In this document: positions 28,368 to 41,900 of the stretch, in pieces
Layout of the letters: every line of letters starts with the position of its first letter
Numbering within the stretch: the stretch's first letter is position 1
Assembly (NCBI RefSeq): GCF_036321535.1
Contig: NC_087447.1
Coordinates: 6,882,001 to 6,946,000, forward strand
DNA from: Camelus dromedarius
Taxonomy: Eukaryota
DNA: 64,000 nt
Reading direction: 5' to 3'
Notes under the pieces: model-generated
Seen by the model: only the letters and a program-made list of their open reading frames with translations
What the model was told of the DNA's origin: nothing
Databases searched by the model: none
Program-made: the position numbers and the translations under genes

Positions 28368-31300
28368 TCAGTAGATGTAGGGCATAATTCGGTAAGGCAC
28401 ACGCCGGCAGTATTCGTGCCAGGCCAGGCCGTACTTCTGCAGACACTGCTGTTCGTCTCGGGCCTCACGGTGCACCAGCAGCGCAGTGAAGTAGAGGAGG
28501 TAGAAGTAGGGCAACAAGTGGGACACCCCTGTGGGGAAAGGGGTTTCCGATCACTCAGCCAGCCCCCAGTTCACAAGGGTTTCCACAGCTAATGGCTCAC
28601 AGGGGCATCAGGGCTCAATGGTGAAAGGTCTAAGGTCTACAGGGGGTGCTGGCAATGAGGTCTGTCCCAGCCACACCCTAACTCCATCCCTAGATCCCTT
28701 ACTACTCTCTCCACTGGGATGCCTCCCTGTTCTCCATTCCATACCCAGACTGGGCATCCTGTGCTCGCCACTCAGCTGCTGCCCCTTGTAGCTCCTGCCC
28801 TGTGCCCACCCAGGCCACTCACCGCAGGGCAAGGACCAGGCCAGAGCCATGATGAGGTCTCCAAGGTAGTTGGGATGACGGACCATACCCCACCACCCGG
28901 ACACCAGCAGCTGTCGCCCTGTGGCTGTAGAGATGGTCTCAAGGTCTAGGGAAAGAGAGAGAGTGGGATGGGGGACCCCCCCCCCGAAGTCAGCTGCCCC
29001 ATCTCACAGCACCCGGAAAGCCAGCTCACCAGCCACTCTGGGATCAGAAGGATTCTTTCGGAAGGTGTTTTTCTGGGAATTGGCTCCACGGAAGATGTAG
29101 TAACCTACAGCTGGGGGAAAGTGTGAGCAGGTGGTTAGGGACCTTCTATCTGACCCTGACCATCTACCCACAGCCCGGACTCAGTAGGCCTGGGGACCCA
29201 GGACCCAGCCCCTGGCTTTGAAGAAGCATCTGAGGCTTAGCATCTACCGAGTGGGTGCTGAACATTGAGTGAATGAACCCCATCCTGACTGACCATTGAT
29301 GAGGCAGATGACTGAGGCCATGGGCAACCCGAGCGGCTGTGGGTGGTACAGCAGGAACTGGGCCTGCAGGCTATAGGTGAAGGGTACCCAGGCCAGGTCC
29401 CCAAAGGCCAGCATGAAGCCAAACCCGTCATGTATGATGTCCATGGTGGTGAGGACAGCCTCCTGCAGGGACAGGACCCAGACACACTGGCTTAGTCTCC
29501 ACGAGATCCTCAGGCACCCACCCCTGCCTCCCTTGCCCAGTCCAGCCTCACCTCATGCCAAAGGGCATCACCCACATATAGTAGCTGGAAGCCATTGACC
29601 AGCCACATGGCCAGCGAAGGACTCCCCCGAAGTTCTGCTTCCTGCATCATCAAGGCCAAGTTGATGAGGACCTGGGGGTTAGGTGGAGGGTGAGACAGAG
29701 TAGTCTATCCCCAGCCTGTCCCCACAGAGGTGGAAGCACCTGGATGGGGCAGCGGCCAGCCTCTCCCCCTTCTCTCAGCTGTCCATCACTAGCTCTCCAA
29801 CCCTTTGTTGAGTGGCTCAATGGATCGCCTCCTGAGGCGCTCCCCGCCTGTCCTCTCTTGCCTTGTCCTGTAGTGTTCCCTTTGGGAGAGCAACACAGGG
29901 AGCAGCTGGATGCTTTCAGGCTTGAGAGTTAAAACAGACCTGGTTTTGAATCTCAGCTTCGCCACCTGGGCAAGTTGCTTACCCTCTCTAAAGCCTACTC
30001 TCCCCACCTCCATGTGGAAAATGGACATAATCATGGACCTGCCTCATGGGACTTAGGACTCACCAACAGTGTGTGTGAAGCACTAAGCTCATGTTTGGCA
30101 CATAGTAAGTGCTCGATCACGATGAGCTGGCAGCCAGCCTGTGCTGAGCACCCCCATTCTGCCAGCACTGGGCTCAGTGCTGTCATTAAGGTTATCACTT
30201 CTGATCCTCACAATAACCTGGGGAGGAAGCTCTTACTTTAGCCCATGTCATACATGAGGAAATAGCCTCAAAGGCCAGGATTCAGTGCCATGATGGGCAC
30301 TCAGCTCTCCTGACTCTGGATGAGGTCATTTCCAGGGTGACAGGGACCTGGACCAGGACACCCTTCAGGAAATCTTGACGACAGTCCAGTACAGGTGATT
30401 ATAACCAAAACCCACAGTTGGCATGTTGTCAAGGCCATCAGTGATGGATAAGTTGCTAAACCCAGTGATCAATTTGAAGTTCTGCACCGCTGTGACCAGC
30501 AGGCAGCAGAGGATCACTTTCTCATCTTGAAATAGATCTTGTGCTTGACTGCTTTAGTTAACATTGCGCCTGCTTTCCTGACTTCCAGTTTTGTTCTTCT
30601 CCATAGCATTTAGCATCCCCTGACCCAGGATGTTTATTTATTTTTGGTCTGTCTTTCACACTAGAATGTAGGCTTCATGAAGACAGAGATCTGTTTCTTT
30701 CTTTCCTTTAATTTTTTTGTTTGTTTCCCAGTACCTAGAGTAAAGCTTAGGGCACATGGCGGACTCAACAAAGATTTGTGGAATGAATGATTAATGATTT
30801 ACATCTGCACAATATCGGCCCTGCCCTGCCCTGCCCAGGCAGTGCTCACCCATCCCACCCCTCCTCCTGGCTGGAGGCCTATTTAGCTGTGCTCAGCATA
30901 CCCAGCCGATGAGGCCGGGCCGCAGTTCGCAGAAGTATTTGAAGTCAAAGGAACAGATGCGTGGGTTGAGCTCCCGTCCCAGGAAAAAGTCGTAGATGGG
31001 ATTTCCTGGAGAATAATGGAGGGTGAAGGTGAAAGCAAACAGCCCCATCTGCTTCTATCCACACCGTACTGGGACTCCTCTCACCTGAGTTTCCCCCTGG
31101 TGCCAGGGCAAAAGCAGGGACTACCAGAGACTTCAGATAGAGAAGGAGGCTGAAGATGAAGGCGATGAGGGTGGCCGCAAATGCCAAGGGCAGGAGCATT
31201 TCTGAGAGCGCTCCCAGGGGCAGCCCGGCTGACATCCCCAGGCCGAGCAACAAGGCTGTCAGCACCAAGGCCTGGAAACCTGAACCGCAGCACACAGTGA

Positions 31301-32446
31301 GTACTGGAAATTATGCCCCTCCACCCCAGGGAGGTCGCAGACTTTGCCCCAAGCCATTAGGCTGACACTTTGGCTTTCAGAGGGTCACCCCAGCCACTTC
31401 TCCGGTGCAGAGTAGCAGCAAATGCTGTAGGAGGGGAGGAGGGACGCGGGGTGTGGAGAGAGCCAGCGGAATCCCCTATGTCTGTCCTGGGCAGAAAAGA
31501 GGCGCAAAATAGAGCTTGGGGTCTCCGTGGACCCCCCCCCCCATCAGGCCTGGGGCTCCACCCCCATCCACCCAACTCCAGCGCAAGGAACCAGCCCCCA
31601 GGCACCGTTAATGGGGTAGCGCAGTCGACTCTTGTCCTTCAATTCTTGCCCCTCGGCCACCTGTGGGCACAACGGGGCTCTGGTAAGGGTCGAGGGTACC
31701 TTCAGGCTCGCGGAACACCCTCCCTCCGCCCGCCTCCCCCAGCCTCCCCCGCGTGTCAGCGAGCATAGTCCCCACCTTGCGCGCCGGCAAAAGGTAGAGC
31801 GCCGCCTGCAGGCCGAGCCAGGTAAGACACAGCAACAGCGCCCACGGGCTCCACAGCGCCTCGAGTCCCGGCAGGTAGGGGGGTGGGCCCAGGAGGCGCG
31901 CCGAGCCCGAGCGGGCTACCAGTAGCAGGTGGAACATGGTGGCAGGGAGCAGCAGCATCAGAGCCGCAGCGCCTGGGGAAGGGGACCGATCGCGTGGGAC
32001 GTCCGCTCTCCAACTCTCCCGGACCCCCACAGACGCCCGGTCATATACAGGGCCCCATCACCGTCTTCCATATCCCGTTCTCAGCCTTCAGCCCCCTTCT
32101 CTGATTTCTGTCTTGGTCACCGCCCCCAGGTACTCTCGAAGACTCTGCTCCTGCTCCCCTTAGTCCGCCCAGTCTTCCAATCCACAAATCCCCTGCTCTG
32201 AATCCCCCAAAACTGGTTCCTCCTCAGCCCCTTCTCCAGACTCTCCTCCCCAAACCCCTAAATCCCTCTGCCTCTGGATACCTCTCAAAGCCTTTCATCC
32301 TCAGATCCTGCCCCCATCCTCACTCGTAGCTCACCCCTCCAGTTCTCCCTCACCAAGCCTCTGGCCGCAAGTCCCCCTTTATCTGCCCCATTACCCAGGG
32401 GTCCTCCGAATTCCGTCGGGGCCCGGGAGCCCTGAAGAGGTGCCAT
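28368..32446 (-). CDS. TM7SF2: Delta(14)-sterol reductase (418 aa)
   Basis: Exons 32395-32446, 31776-31972, 31606-31660, 31085-31279, 30902-31005, 29552-29671, 29294-29462, 29030-29110, 28823-28945, 28368-28528 total 1257 nt. ERG4/ERG24 motifs [15 protein letters not shown] and [14 protein letters not shown]. Confidence 0.98.
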
Positions 32447-32599
32447 TGTCTTCGCTCCGCCGTGGGGAGGGTGGGGGAATCACAAAAATCCGTCAAGGAA
32501 ACACAGCCCACCCCATTTCCCCAGGAGATGGGCTCGGTAACACGGAGGATCATGCCCTGCTGGGCTTGCACCTGTCTCGACACCGAGCTCATACAGCGA

Positions 32600-32770
32600 C
32601 CGCTTTTGTCCCCAGGTCTTTAAATGGACCCGCCCCCAGCCCATTCTGGGCCCAGCAGGTCAGCCAATCGGCTCTCGGGGAGAGACCAACGCGAGCGCCA
32701 GCCGCCTGGGTAGTCTCTGCAGTCTCAGGCTCACAGCTCCACCCCACGGCCGCAAGTCCCGCCCTACAAG
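32600..32770 (-). promoter_or_regulatory. TM7SF2: TM7SF2 proximal promoter
   Basis: TTTAAA at 32619-32624, GC boxes at 32630-32635 and near 32759-32764, inverted CCAAT at 32664-32668, SRE-like TCCACCCCAC at 32738-32747. TM7SF2 is an established SREBP-2/NF-Y/Sp1 target. Confidence 0.65.
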
Positions 32771-32796
32771 CGACAGGGAGCAGGAGACAACACGTC

Positions 32797-32802
32797 TTTA
32801 TT
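32797..32802 (-). terminator. VPS51: VPS51 polyadenylation signal
   Basis: TTTATT on +, about 100 bp past the VPS51 stop. Confidence 0.85.
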
Positions 32803-32904
32803 AGGCAAGTCTGGAGGCCAGAAAGGAAGGGCCCCCGGGGAGGGAGACCAGGGGTCGGGAGGGTTGGGGCGACGGGGCCAGCCCGTGTATGGCTGGGACT
32901 GGGC

Positions 32905-35900
32905 CTAGCCTCGCTCACAGATGACCTCGACGACACTGGGTTCCATGGGCACTGGGTCCGGGCAGCGAAGGGCAGCTGAGGCCACCACTTCATCCAACAG
33001 CAGGTGCACAAGCTCTTCATCAGCCACGAAGCGCCACAGGTAGAGCTGTAGGAAGTGACAGTCCACCTGTACCTGCTGCAGGCCAAAGCGCCCAAAGGTG
33101 CGCAGCCGCACACACTCCAGCAGCGTCTTCAGGCTGATTTTGATGATGCCTGTCAGTACTGACACCTGCAGGCAGGGAAACAGTGATGCAGATCCCCACC
33201 AGCAGGTGTTGGGGAGGGGTTCTGGACCCCTGAGAAAGGGAACCCACGTTCTGGGCCAGGGCCAGGAAGACAATAAGATGCCAGTAGCTGTGATGGGGTA
33301 GAAAATCTCAGGACCCAAGTTAAGAGGGAGAAAATATACAATGTTGGCACAATCATCTGGAGGGGAGCAGACAGGGAGGGCCGAGCAGACAGAGAGGGCC
33401 TAGCAATCAGAGGCAGAGATGGGGGTCAGCACTGACATGGGGAGGGGTAATGTTTACTAACTTAGCACCAAGTCCCTGAGTGTGGGCTGGGTGGGGGCAG
33501 AGAGCACACTGTGAATAGAAATCCCCAGGGAAGACCCAGAACTATGGTGGGGACAAGGACAAGGGCCAAATAGGCATACTTGATTGTCACCCAGGTTGGG
33601 AGCACACCAAGGTCAGGGAAGAGGGTTATGAGATGGTGATGGTGGGGCTCTGGATGACCACTCACTCCTAGAAACAGCCCTCAGAAACAGAGACTGGGGG
33701 ACAGAGACCTAGGGCTCCCTAGGCCAATGTGGGGCTGCTTCAGCCAAACTTCCCAAGGGGACCTGGGAAGGTAGGGACACCAGGGACTTCGGACCTTATT
33801 GAATTCCACAGGGCTGAACACATCAATACGTTCAGAGAACAGCTTCTGGATGTTGCTCAAGAGGTTGGTGTCCATTGGGGCACTGGATGGGGGGAGACAA
33901 GCAATCAGAGCCCACCCTGCACGCCCATCCTCCTTTGTCCATCCCACCTGGGGCTACCCTGACCAGCCAGACCTGGGTGTATAGCTGGGGGCATAGCGGC
34001 CCTGCTGCCGAGAGCTGCTGTAAACGGAGAAGGTCCTCTTGCTAGAGTCGCTGCTCTGAGCCTTCCGAACACCCTCCTCATATAGGAGCCCCACCTGGTG
34101 GTGGAAGGAGGAGCTGCAATGAAGCCAGGGCATGGGGAACATCCAGCCCACCAGGCACCCTAGGGAAGGACCACGGATGCCCTAAGTTACACACTCACTT
34201 GTTACAAGAATTACATATGTTATAAGAGCCACAGGGTAGTTCGGGCCTATACCCAGTCAGTACCCAGTCACTATTTGCAGAACCAGTGGAGCAGGGCAAA
34301 GGTGGGCCATAAGAGTTGATACTAGGGCCCAATCTTCAGTGCCAACCCTGCCCTGATTTCCTGGGTGACTCTGGGCCTCAGCTTCCTCCTAGGTGGAATG
34401 GGGGTGACAATGCCACAATTCACGGCTGAGGAGGAAGAGGGCACTGCCTGACCCCCTGCTGTCTTGATCCTCAGAGGGTTGTTCCTCAGCACCCCACCTG
34501 CATCAGGGCTCCCCCGGCCAGCCCAGAACAGCACCTGCACATCAATAGCTGTCGTGTCCTCCACCACCCGCTTCATGACAGCACGCACATTCCGAGGCTC
34601 CAGGGTACTGAGCCAGTCCCGCGTCTCCACACTCTTGCGTAGCATCTGTGATATAACCAGGCCCTGCACCTTCACATAGTGGGTCAGCAGCCGCCGCGCC
34701 GTCTCCCTGGCCTCCGCACACAGTGTGCTCACAGGCGTCACTGGAGACTGGTCCTGAGCCAGGGATGCAGAGGACAGACAAGCAGTGGGTACTGGGGGAG
34801 GCTAAGCTGGGCACAGGCAGCCCTGACCATAAGGGTACTGCCCAGCCTCCTGCAGTCCTAGCATCAGCATCCCCTACCCTGCTATGAGCTAGCAGTTCAC
34901 CTGCACCAGAAACTGTTCATCGGTGAGGGTGAGGATGTAGGAGATGGTGGCTGTCTCGTAGTCCAGGCAGAGGCGGGAGAGCAGCAGGAGCAGGGCAGGT
35001 GGCGTGGCACCCCCCTTCTCCCCAGGGCTTTCACAGAAGCTCTGAGCTGTCTGGCACATGGAGCGGATGAAGCCCACGATGAGGCCCTCCCGGACGCCCT
35101 GGCTGCAGAACTCACCCTGTGAGGAGGAGGGGCCCAGATACACAGCAGGTCCTGTTTTCCAGGCAGGGGCTGCTAGTGACCCTCTACTGGGACACTAAAT
35201 GCCCTGGCTCCTCTCCAAGGGACAGCTTCACCCTGCATTCCAGTACCCCAGATCAGCTCCCCTGCATGGGGAGGGAGTGCAGGGGGGCAAAGCCAGCACT
35301 GTGGACCTTGCTTGCAGATGCCCTCATCCAAGCCTTCCCCACCCCTCCAGGCTGTGCCAGCCTTCCTCAAGACAAACTAAAACCACTTTCAGAGTGCCTG
35401 GGCAACGACTGTGTGCCCTGGTAGCTGCCAGCCTGCATGCAGGATGAACAAAAGAATGCCCAGAAAAAGAAAAAAAAAGAATGCACAGGGAAAAGCCGTA
35501 CCCGGAAGTAGGGCTTGTTGGAGAAAGACACCTCCTTGGCAGTGAAGAGGTGCACAGAGGCCAGCGAGGCCTTAATGTGGCTCAGGATGGAGCTGGCCAC
35601 GTTGGCCAGCAACTCAGCCAGGCCGGGGCCTTCCTTCCCAGCCATTCGAGGCGCGGCCAGCGCCTGCCGCACATCAGTCAGGCAGCCCAGGAAGGCTGCC
35701 TGCAGGCCCTGCAGGTGGTGGCCCAGGCGTTCGCGGGCCACTCGCTCCACGATCTCTGTGGCAGCCTCCGCCAGCCCGGCAGCGGCCAGCAGGGCCCCAG
35801 GTGCCCGCAGGCGCCGGTGGAAGCGGTCCAGCGCCCGCACCAGCAGGGAGTTGTCACCGCCACCTTGCTCCTGCGCCAGCCGCCGCTCCACCAGCGCAAA

Positions 35901-38900
35901 GTAGCGGCTGCCCAGCTCCCGGGCAAAGGCTGCCAGTTTCTCGGCACCTGCTGGGCCCTGGGCCGCAAACAGCTCCTGGTAGGCCGCCGCCACCTGACAG
36001 AGGCCACCGACGAAGCCGCTGCCGCCATGGTCAGTGAACTCTAACACGTCTGGGGCCGGAGGGGAGGGTCCCAGCTCCGCCTCCAGGCTTCTCAGCTCCT
36101 CCTCCAGCCGCCCTCGCGCGTGTGCCAGGAACTCCTCGCACAGCTCCTCCGCAGGCTCACCCAGGGCCAGCAGCAGCTCCACGCACTCTGCTTGCTCTGG
36201 GGCGCCCGAGCCGCCCTCCCTGCGGGGAGGGAGATGCAGGTGAAGGGCAGGAAGATAGAATTCGGGGGGATGGGAGCAGACCCAGGTGCCCAGCGAGGGT
36301 GGCAATGAGAACCCTGGGCCCACACCTGAAGCGCTGCCGTAGTTGCTGGGCTAGGCGAGCCGTGATGACCTGGCAGTCGTCCTGGATGGCGCGGAAAGAC
36401 GGCAGGTGCTGGTACTGCTGCAGCACGGCCCGCGCGCGTCCCTGGTAGCGCACCGCCTGCCCGTAGGCGCCCAGCTCCACGCACTTGGTGAGGCGTGAGG
36501 GCAGCTCGAAGAGGAACTGCAGCTTCCGTAACAGCGCGTGGACCCCTGGGGGGACAGGGGGAGATGGTGTTAGCCCCAAAGCCCCGAGGGTGGCCCATTT
36601 TAGCCCCAGCTCTGGGGTGCGGCCCACCTGCCAGCTTGGTGATGCGCTCGTGACGGTCCTGCAGCGTGGCACTGATGCGCGCGCTGAATTCTGTGATCAC
36701 TGCCATGTTGGTGGCCAGCCGGTCCATCTCGTCCTCCATCTTCCGGAAATCGTTCTTCATCTTCCGAATGGTGTCTAGGAGTGCAGGAGCGCAGGAGAGG
36801 GAAAAGCGGTTGAGGAGGGGCCCAGGCAGAACACTCAGCTTGAGACCACGGCCAAATGCCCTCACACACCCTCACCCCACTTCCCAAGCGCGCCTGAGCC
36901 CACTCTAGGGTCACACTGATGATTCGGTGATTGAAAAGGGTTGCAGTGGTGCGTGGTCACTGGAAATGGGGGTGAGGTGTCATTATGTCAGTGCAGCAGA
37001 TGTTTTCTGAGCACCCCTTGTGTGCTCCTAGCCCTGGTGCAGTGGGGAGATGGCCCATGATATGACAGCCCTTGCTCCCAGAAGACACCCAGATCCAAAG
37101 GAGGGCACAGGGCACTTGGCAGGGACCTGTCTGCTCCTTCCCAGGGGCATCTTCCAGGCCCAGCACCCTGCCTGGCACCAGGAGACAATAAATACTTGTA
37201 TGCCCTTATCTCCTTCCCAGACCTCCCAAACCCTCTCTCTCTGCCTTGTGGAACAAGGGTTTGGGGTTTGTTGTGCTTTTTGGATGTGTATATTCATGCT
37301 TTTCATCAAATTTGGGCAGGTTTTGCCCATTATTTCTTCATGTATTATTTCTGCTTTCTCCACTCACTCTGGCATCCCCATTATGCAGATGTGAGCACAC
37401 TTGATGGTGTACCCCAGGTCCCTAAGGCTCTCTTCACTTTTCTTCATGCTTTGTTCTTTCTGTTCCTCACACTGAATAATTTCATCTAACCTGTGTTCAA
37501 GTCTGCTTGTTCTTTCTCTGCTTGTTCAAATCTGTAAAAGAGCCCCTCCAGCGATCTTTCATTTTAGTTGTTGCACCTTATCATTTCTATTTGGTTCTTT
37601 TGTTAAATAATTTCTTCTATTTGATATTCTGTATTTGGTGAAACAATCTCATTCCTTTCTTTAGTTTAGATATAGTTTACTTTAGGTCTCTGAATATACT
37701 CAAAATAGCAGATTTAAATCTCTGTAATAAATCCAATGTCTGGGCTTCTACAGAGTTTCTACTGAGTTTTTCCCCCTGTATGGGCCAGATTCCTGCTTTA
37801 TTTGCATGTCCTATAAATTTTTGTTGAAAAAACAGATATATTAAATAACATGGCAAGTCTAGAAATCAGATTCTCTTCTCCTGTTTATTGTTGTTGCTGC
37901 TTGTTGCTGTTGTTTATTTTTCTGAGTTACTAAACCTGTACTAATTAGCTTCTGAATCAATTCTGTAAAGTCTGAATTCTTTGTTGTGTATAGCCACTAA
38001 AATACTTACTTGGTAAGCTTAGTGATCAGCTACTGATTGGACAGGAATTTCTTTAAATACCTGGAAACAATAAATCTCCTAGTATTTATTGAGGAGCTCT
38101 GTGTGTGGTATTGGGGCATACCTTAAACACTTAACCAGGAGGTTTATAACTCTGCCTCAGCTTTCACTTCCTGCTCGCACTGAGCCTGAAGGTGAGCCAG
38201 AGGTGAGAGCTTAGGGCATTCTCAGGTCCTTCTTAAAAGCATGTGTACTACCCTACATATGTTGGCCCTTCAAAATTACTAATATGTCAGAGCTTGTCAA
38301 AGCCCCTAGAGACATCTCATTCCTCAGCTTTTCCTTTTAAGCTTTTGGGCTAGTACTATTATTTGCCCCATGTATTATTCATCACTTCAGGGAGACACCA
38401 CTTTTGCCTATAATTGTTTTTGACAAACAACTCTGGTGGGAGGCTTTTAGCACTGGGTGACCTCCAGGTCAAGACAAACCTACGGAGTGGAGTGAGTGTG
38501 TTAGGAAACCACCAGACAGGTTAAATAATGATAATTCTTTGGGCATGAGGCATTGAAACAGCTCCAGCTTTGTTCCATTCCTTCTAGTACTAGGAATATG
38601 GGCTATTTTTCAAGGTTACTGCAGAGATGGAGAGGAAATGGTGGGGCCAGGGCAAGTTAAAACATCTCAGGATTGCTACTTTTACCAAGATTCAGCTGTT
38701 TTTGTCAAATAAATGCTCCTGTGATTGCTGCACATCTTTGGTTAATTTTCAGAGTTCTGAGAAAGTTAATTCTAACTATTTTGGCCAGTTTTGGGGTTGC
38801 TTTCATGGAGGGGACATTTTCAAATGCACCTCCTCCACTATTTTTGCTGAGGTCATTCTGGACACCATGCCTGTTTGCGTAAATGAATTTTGCTGGAATG

Positions 38901-41900
38901 CAGCCATGCTGAGTCATTTATATTATCTCCAGTTGCTTTCAGGCTACAATGGTATCTAAGTAGTTCCAACAGAAACCAGATGGTCCACAAAGCCTAAAAT
39001 ATTTACTTTTTGGTCTTTTCAGAAAACCACCCCTGGCACATAGCCAATGCAGTCAGACCCTGCTCTGTTCTCTTGTTCTCCCTGCTCCATTCTCTTTTTC
39101 TCCCTGCTCCAGTCACAGCACTTTCCCAGGGCCTTTGCACAGGTTGTTTCCTTAGCCTGGGCCCCTCTGCCCCCAGATCCTCCCACTTTTCCACTGTTAT
39201 CCCTCAGTCCATACCACCAGCATCTTGCAATAGCCTGTTGCAGTAGCCTTCTAATGGGTATCTCTGCCATCCTTGCCTCCCTATAGTCCAGTCTCAATAA
39301 AGTGGGCAGAGAGGTCCTTTTAAAACAGAAGTCAGGTCACCCCATTCTTCTGTTCCTCTCACTCAGAGTAAAGAGCAGGATCTTCATACCCACTTAGAAA
39401 TCCCTACATAATCTGGCCCCCACTAACCCTCCACCCTAGTCATCTACCTCTCCTCCTCCCTTCCTCCTCCCAAACTCCCTGCTTCACTCTGAATACACCA
39501 GACACGTTCTCTCTTCAGAATTCTTGTTCCTGCTGTTTCGTCCCCCAAATTCTCCTCCCCACAGCTGGCTCTTCCTCACCAAGGCCCTGCTCAAAGGTTA
39601 CCACCTCAGAGGTGCCTTCTCATACTTACCCTAAAGATGGACACCCCCCCCCCCACATTACTCTTTTCCTCTTACTGTTTTTTCTTATAGCACGTACTAC
39701 TACTTTTATTTGTGTGTTCACTTATTGTCTGTCTTCCCAACTAGAATGTGGGCTCCAGGCAGGAGCTTGATCTAGTTGGTTCACTGTTAGATTCCCAATA
39801 TGCAGAGAAGCCCTTGGCAAAAAAGGAAGGAAAAAAAAAAAAGCATTCAGTGATTATTTCTTTAAGGAATATAAGACTCTAAAGTCTTTATAGATTTAGA
39901 ACCCCTAACTCCAACACTCACTTTCTAATTTTCTCCTTTTCTTAGGAAAAAAGGTAAAAAACCAAATCATCCCTATTAAGAAGAGCTAAGTGTCAAACTA
40001 TTATACATATTCTAACAAATGGAAAATGTAATGTTGGCAAAATTCCTGGAGAAATTTCTCAGCATAGGAATTATACTTTCTTGCTGTTTGATGCTGATAT
40101 TAATATTAACAAATAGAAGGGCACGTACTCATAGAACCTGCTTCAAATCAGGTAAGAGAACGATGACTGTGTGTTACTACACCCACCATTGTGACGTGAG
40201 CAGAATGAGAGGTGTGAGAATGCACCCCACAGAGGTTCATGGGACATTCCCACAGACTACAGGTAGACCCTCCAGATCTGCCTCTAGGACTAGTACGTGT
40301 GGGTCCAAAATTATTACAAAAGTCTGAGCAGTGCATGTCACCAACAGAGGACAGAAGCTAGTGCAGATGATAGCTGAATGCTGTCTAGCACTGTCTTGAA
40401 TAAAAGGGACAGAAGGGGAAGAAGCCCTTTACTTGATCTTCATCCCTTACTGTCATAAGTTTTCAGTCTCTTTGCTTCATTAAAAAAAAAAAAAAAAAAA
40501 AAAAGAGCTCTTTCAGCCATCTTGGAGACTGTGGAAACCTGCTGGGAACAGGACTTCTAAACCAATAAACATGTCTGGAAGGCTGTGGTCCAAGGCCATT
40601 TTTGCTGGCTATAAGAGGGGTCTCCGGAACCAGAGGGAGCACACGGCTCTTCTTAAAATTGACGGTATTGATGCGCGAGATGAAATTGAATTCTATCTAG
40701 GCAAGAGATGTGCTTGTGTGTACAAAGCAAAGAACAACACATTAACTCCTGGTGGAAAACTGAACAAAACCAGAGTAATCTGGGGAAAGGTAACTCGTGC
40801 TCATGGAAACAGTGGCATAGTTCATGCCAAATTCTGAAGCAATCTTCGTGCTAAGGCCACTGGACACAGAATCCATGTGATGCTGTACCCCTCAAGGATT
40901 TAAACTTATTGAAAAGTAAATAAACAAAAGTATGGATTTGTTAAAAAAAAAAAAAAGAAGAAGAAGAAGGGGAGAAGGGGAAAGGAATGAAGGAAGGAGA
41001 GAGGTAGGAAGGAAGAAAAGGAAAGAAGAGAAGAGAGAGAAAGACATAAGCTCATCATCAAGGCAGACGTGAACCAAAGAAGAACAATGCCACTAATGAG
41101 CGAAACTAACCTTACTGAGGCACCCTTAGTGTCGGAGAGTCTAAGTGTTTCAGATAAATTCATTTTTTTTTTAAATTTCATTTTGTCCTTTCTCTCCTTT
41201 GGTCCTCAAAACAACCCTCTGAGAACAGTTATTACCTCTATAGCCATCAGATCACAAATGCTCTCAGAGAAAGAGGTGACAGTGGATTAATGTCAGGGCA
41301 GGACTGGAATCTGGGTCTGCTCCATCTAAATCCTCTGGCTTCCCCAACACAGGAGTAACTGGGCGATGTGGGTCTGCAAGGANNNNNNNNNNNNNNNNNN
41401 NNNNNNNNNNNNNNNNNNNNNNNNNNNNNNNNNNNNNNNNNNNNNNNNNNNNNNNNNNNNNNNNNNNNNNNNNNNNNNNNNNNNNNNNNNNNNNNNNNNN
41501 NNNNNNNNNNNNNNNNNNNNNCTCTACGCAGCTGGAGGAAATTGGGTGGTTAGTGTTCAGGACAGGGGGCACTCATGTCCCCCAGCCTTGCCCCTAACTG
41601 GGAAGGCTTTTAGTGCAAGAAAACCCTGATTTCCCTCCTCCTCCATTGACAGTAATCTCAGACATGGAGCCTGTAAGCGGCATAGCTCAGGAGTTGCCAA
41701 GTTAGACCCTTTTGGGATTTGTCAGCATTTGAAATCCGCAGATTTAGCCAAGGCCCAGTCCTACGCCTGTCTGCGCCTGGGCCACGCTCCTATCTCGGGT
41801 CTCATACGATCGATCAGCCCAGGAGACTGCAGACTTCTCACTATCTCAGGTCAGTCCACGTCTGCCCACGCCCCCTTAAACTCCAGCTCTGACCCTACTG

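Noticed and set aside
32395-32446. Apparent 1-bp frameshift in TM7SF2 exon 1
   Set aside because: On recount the exon has 52 coding nt ([18 protein letters not shown]) and is in frame, so the gene is intact.
35481-36448. Long + strand ORFs over VPS51 exons, and similar antisense ORFs over SYVN1, ZNHIT2, TM7SF2 and CDCA5
   Set aside because: Shadow ORFs caused by GC-rich codon usage on the opposite strand.
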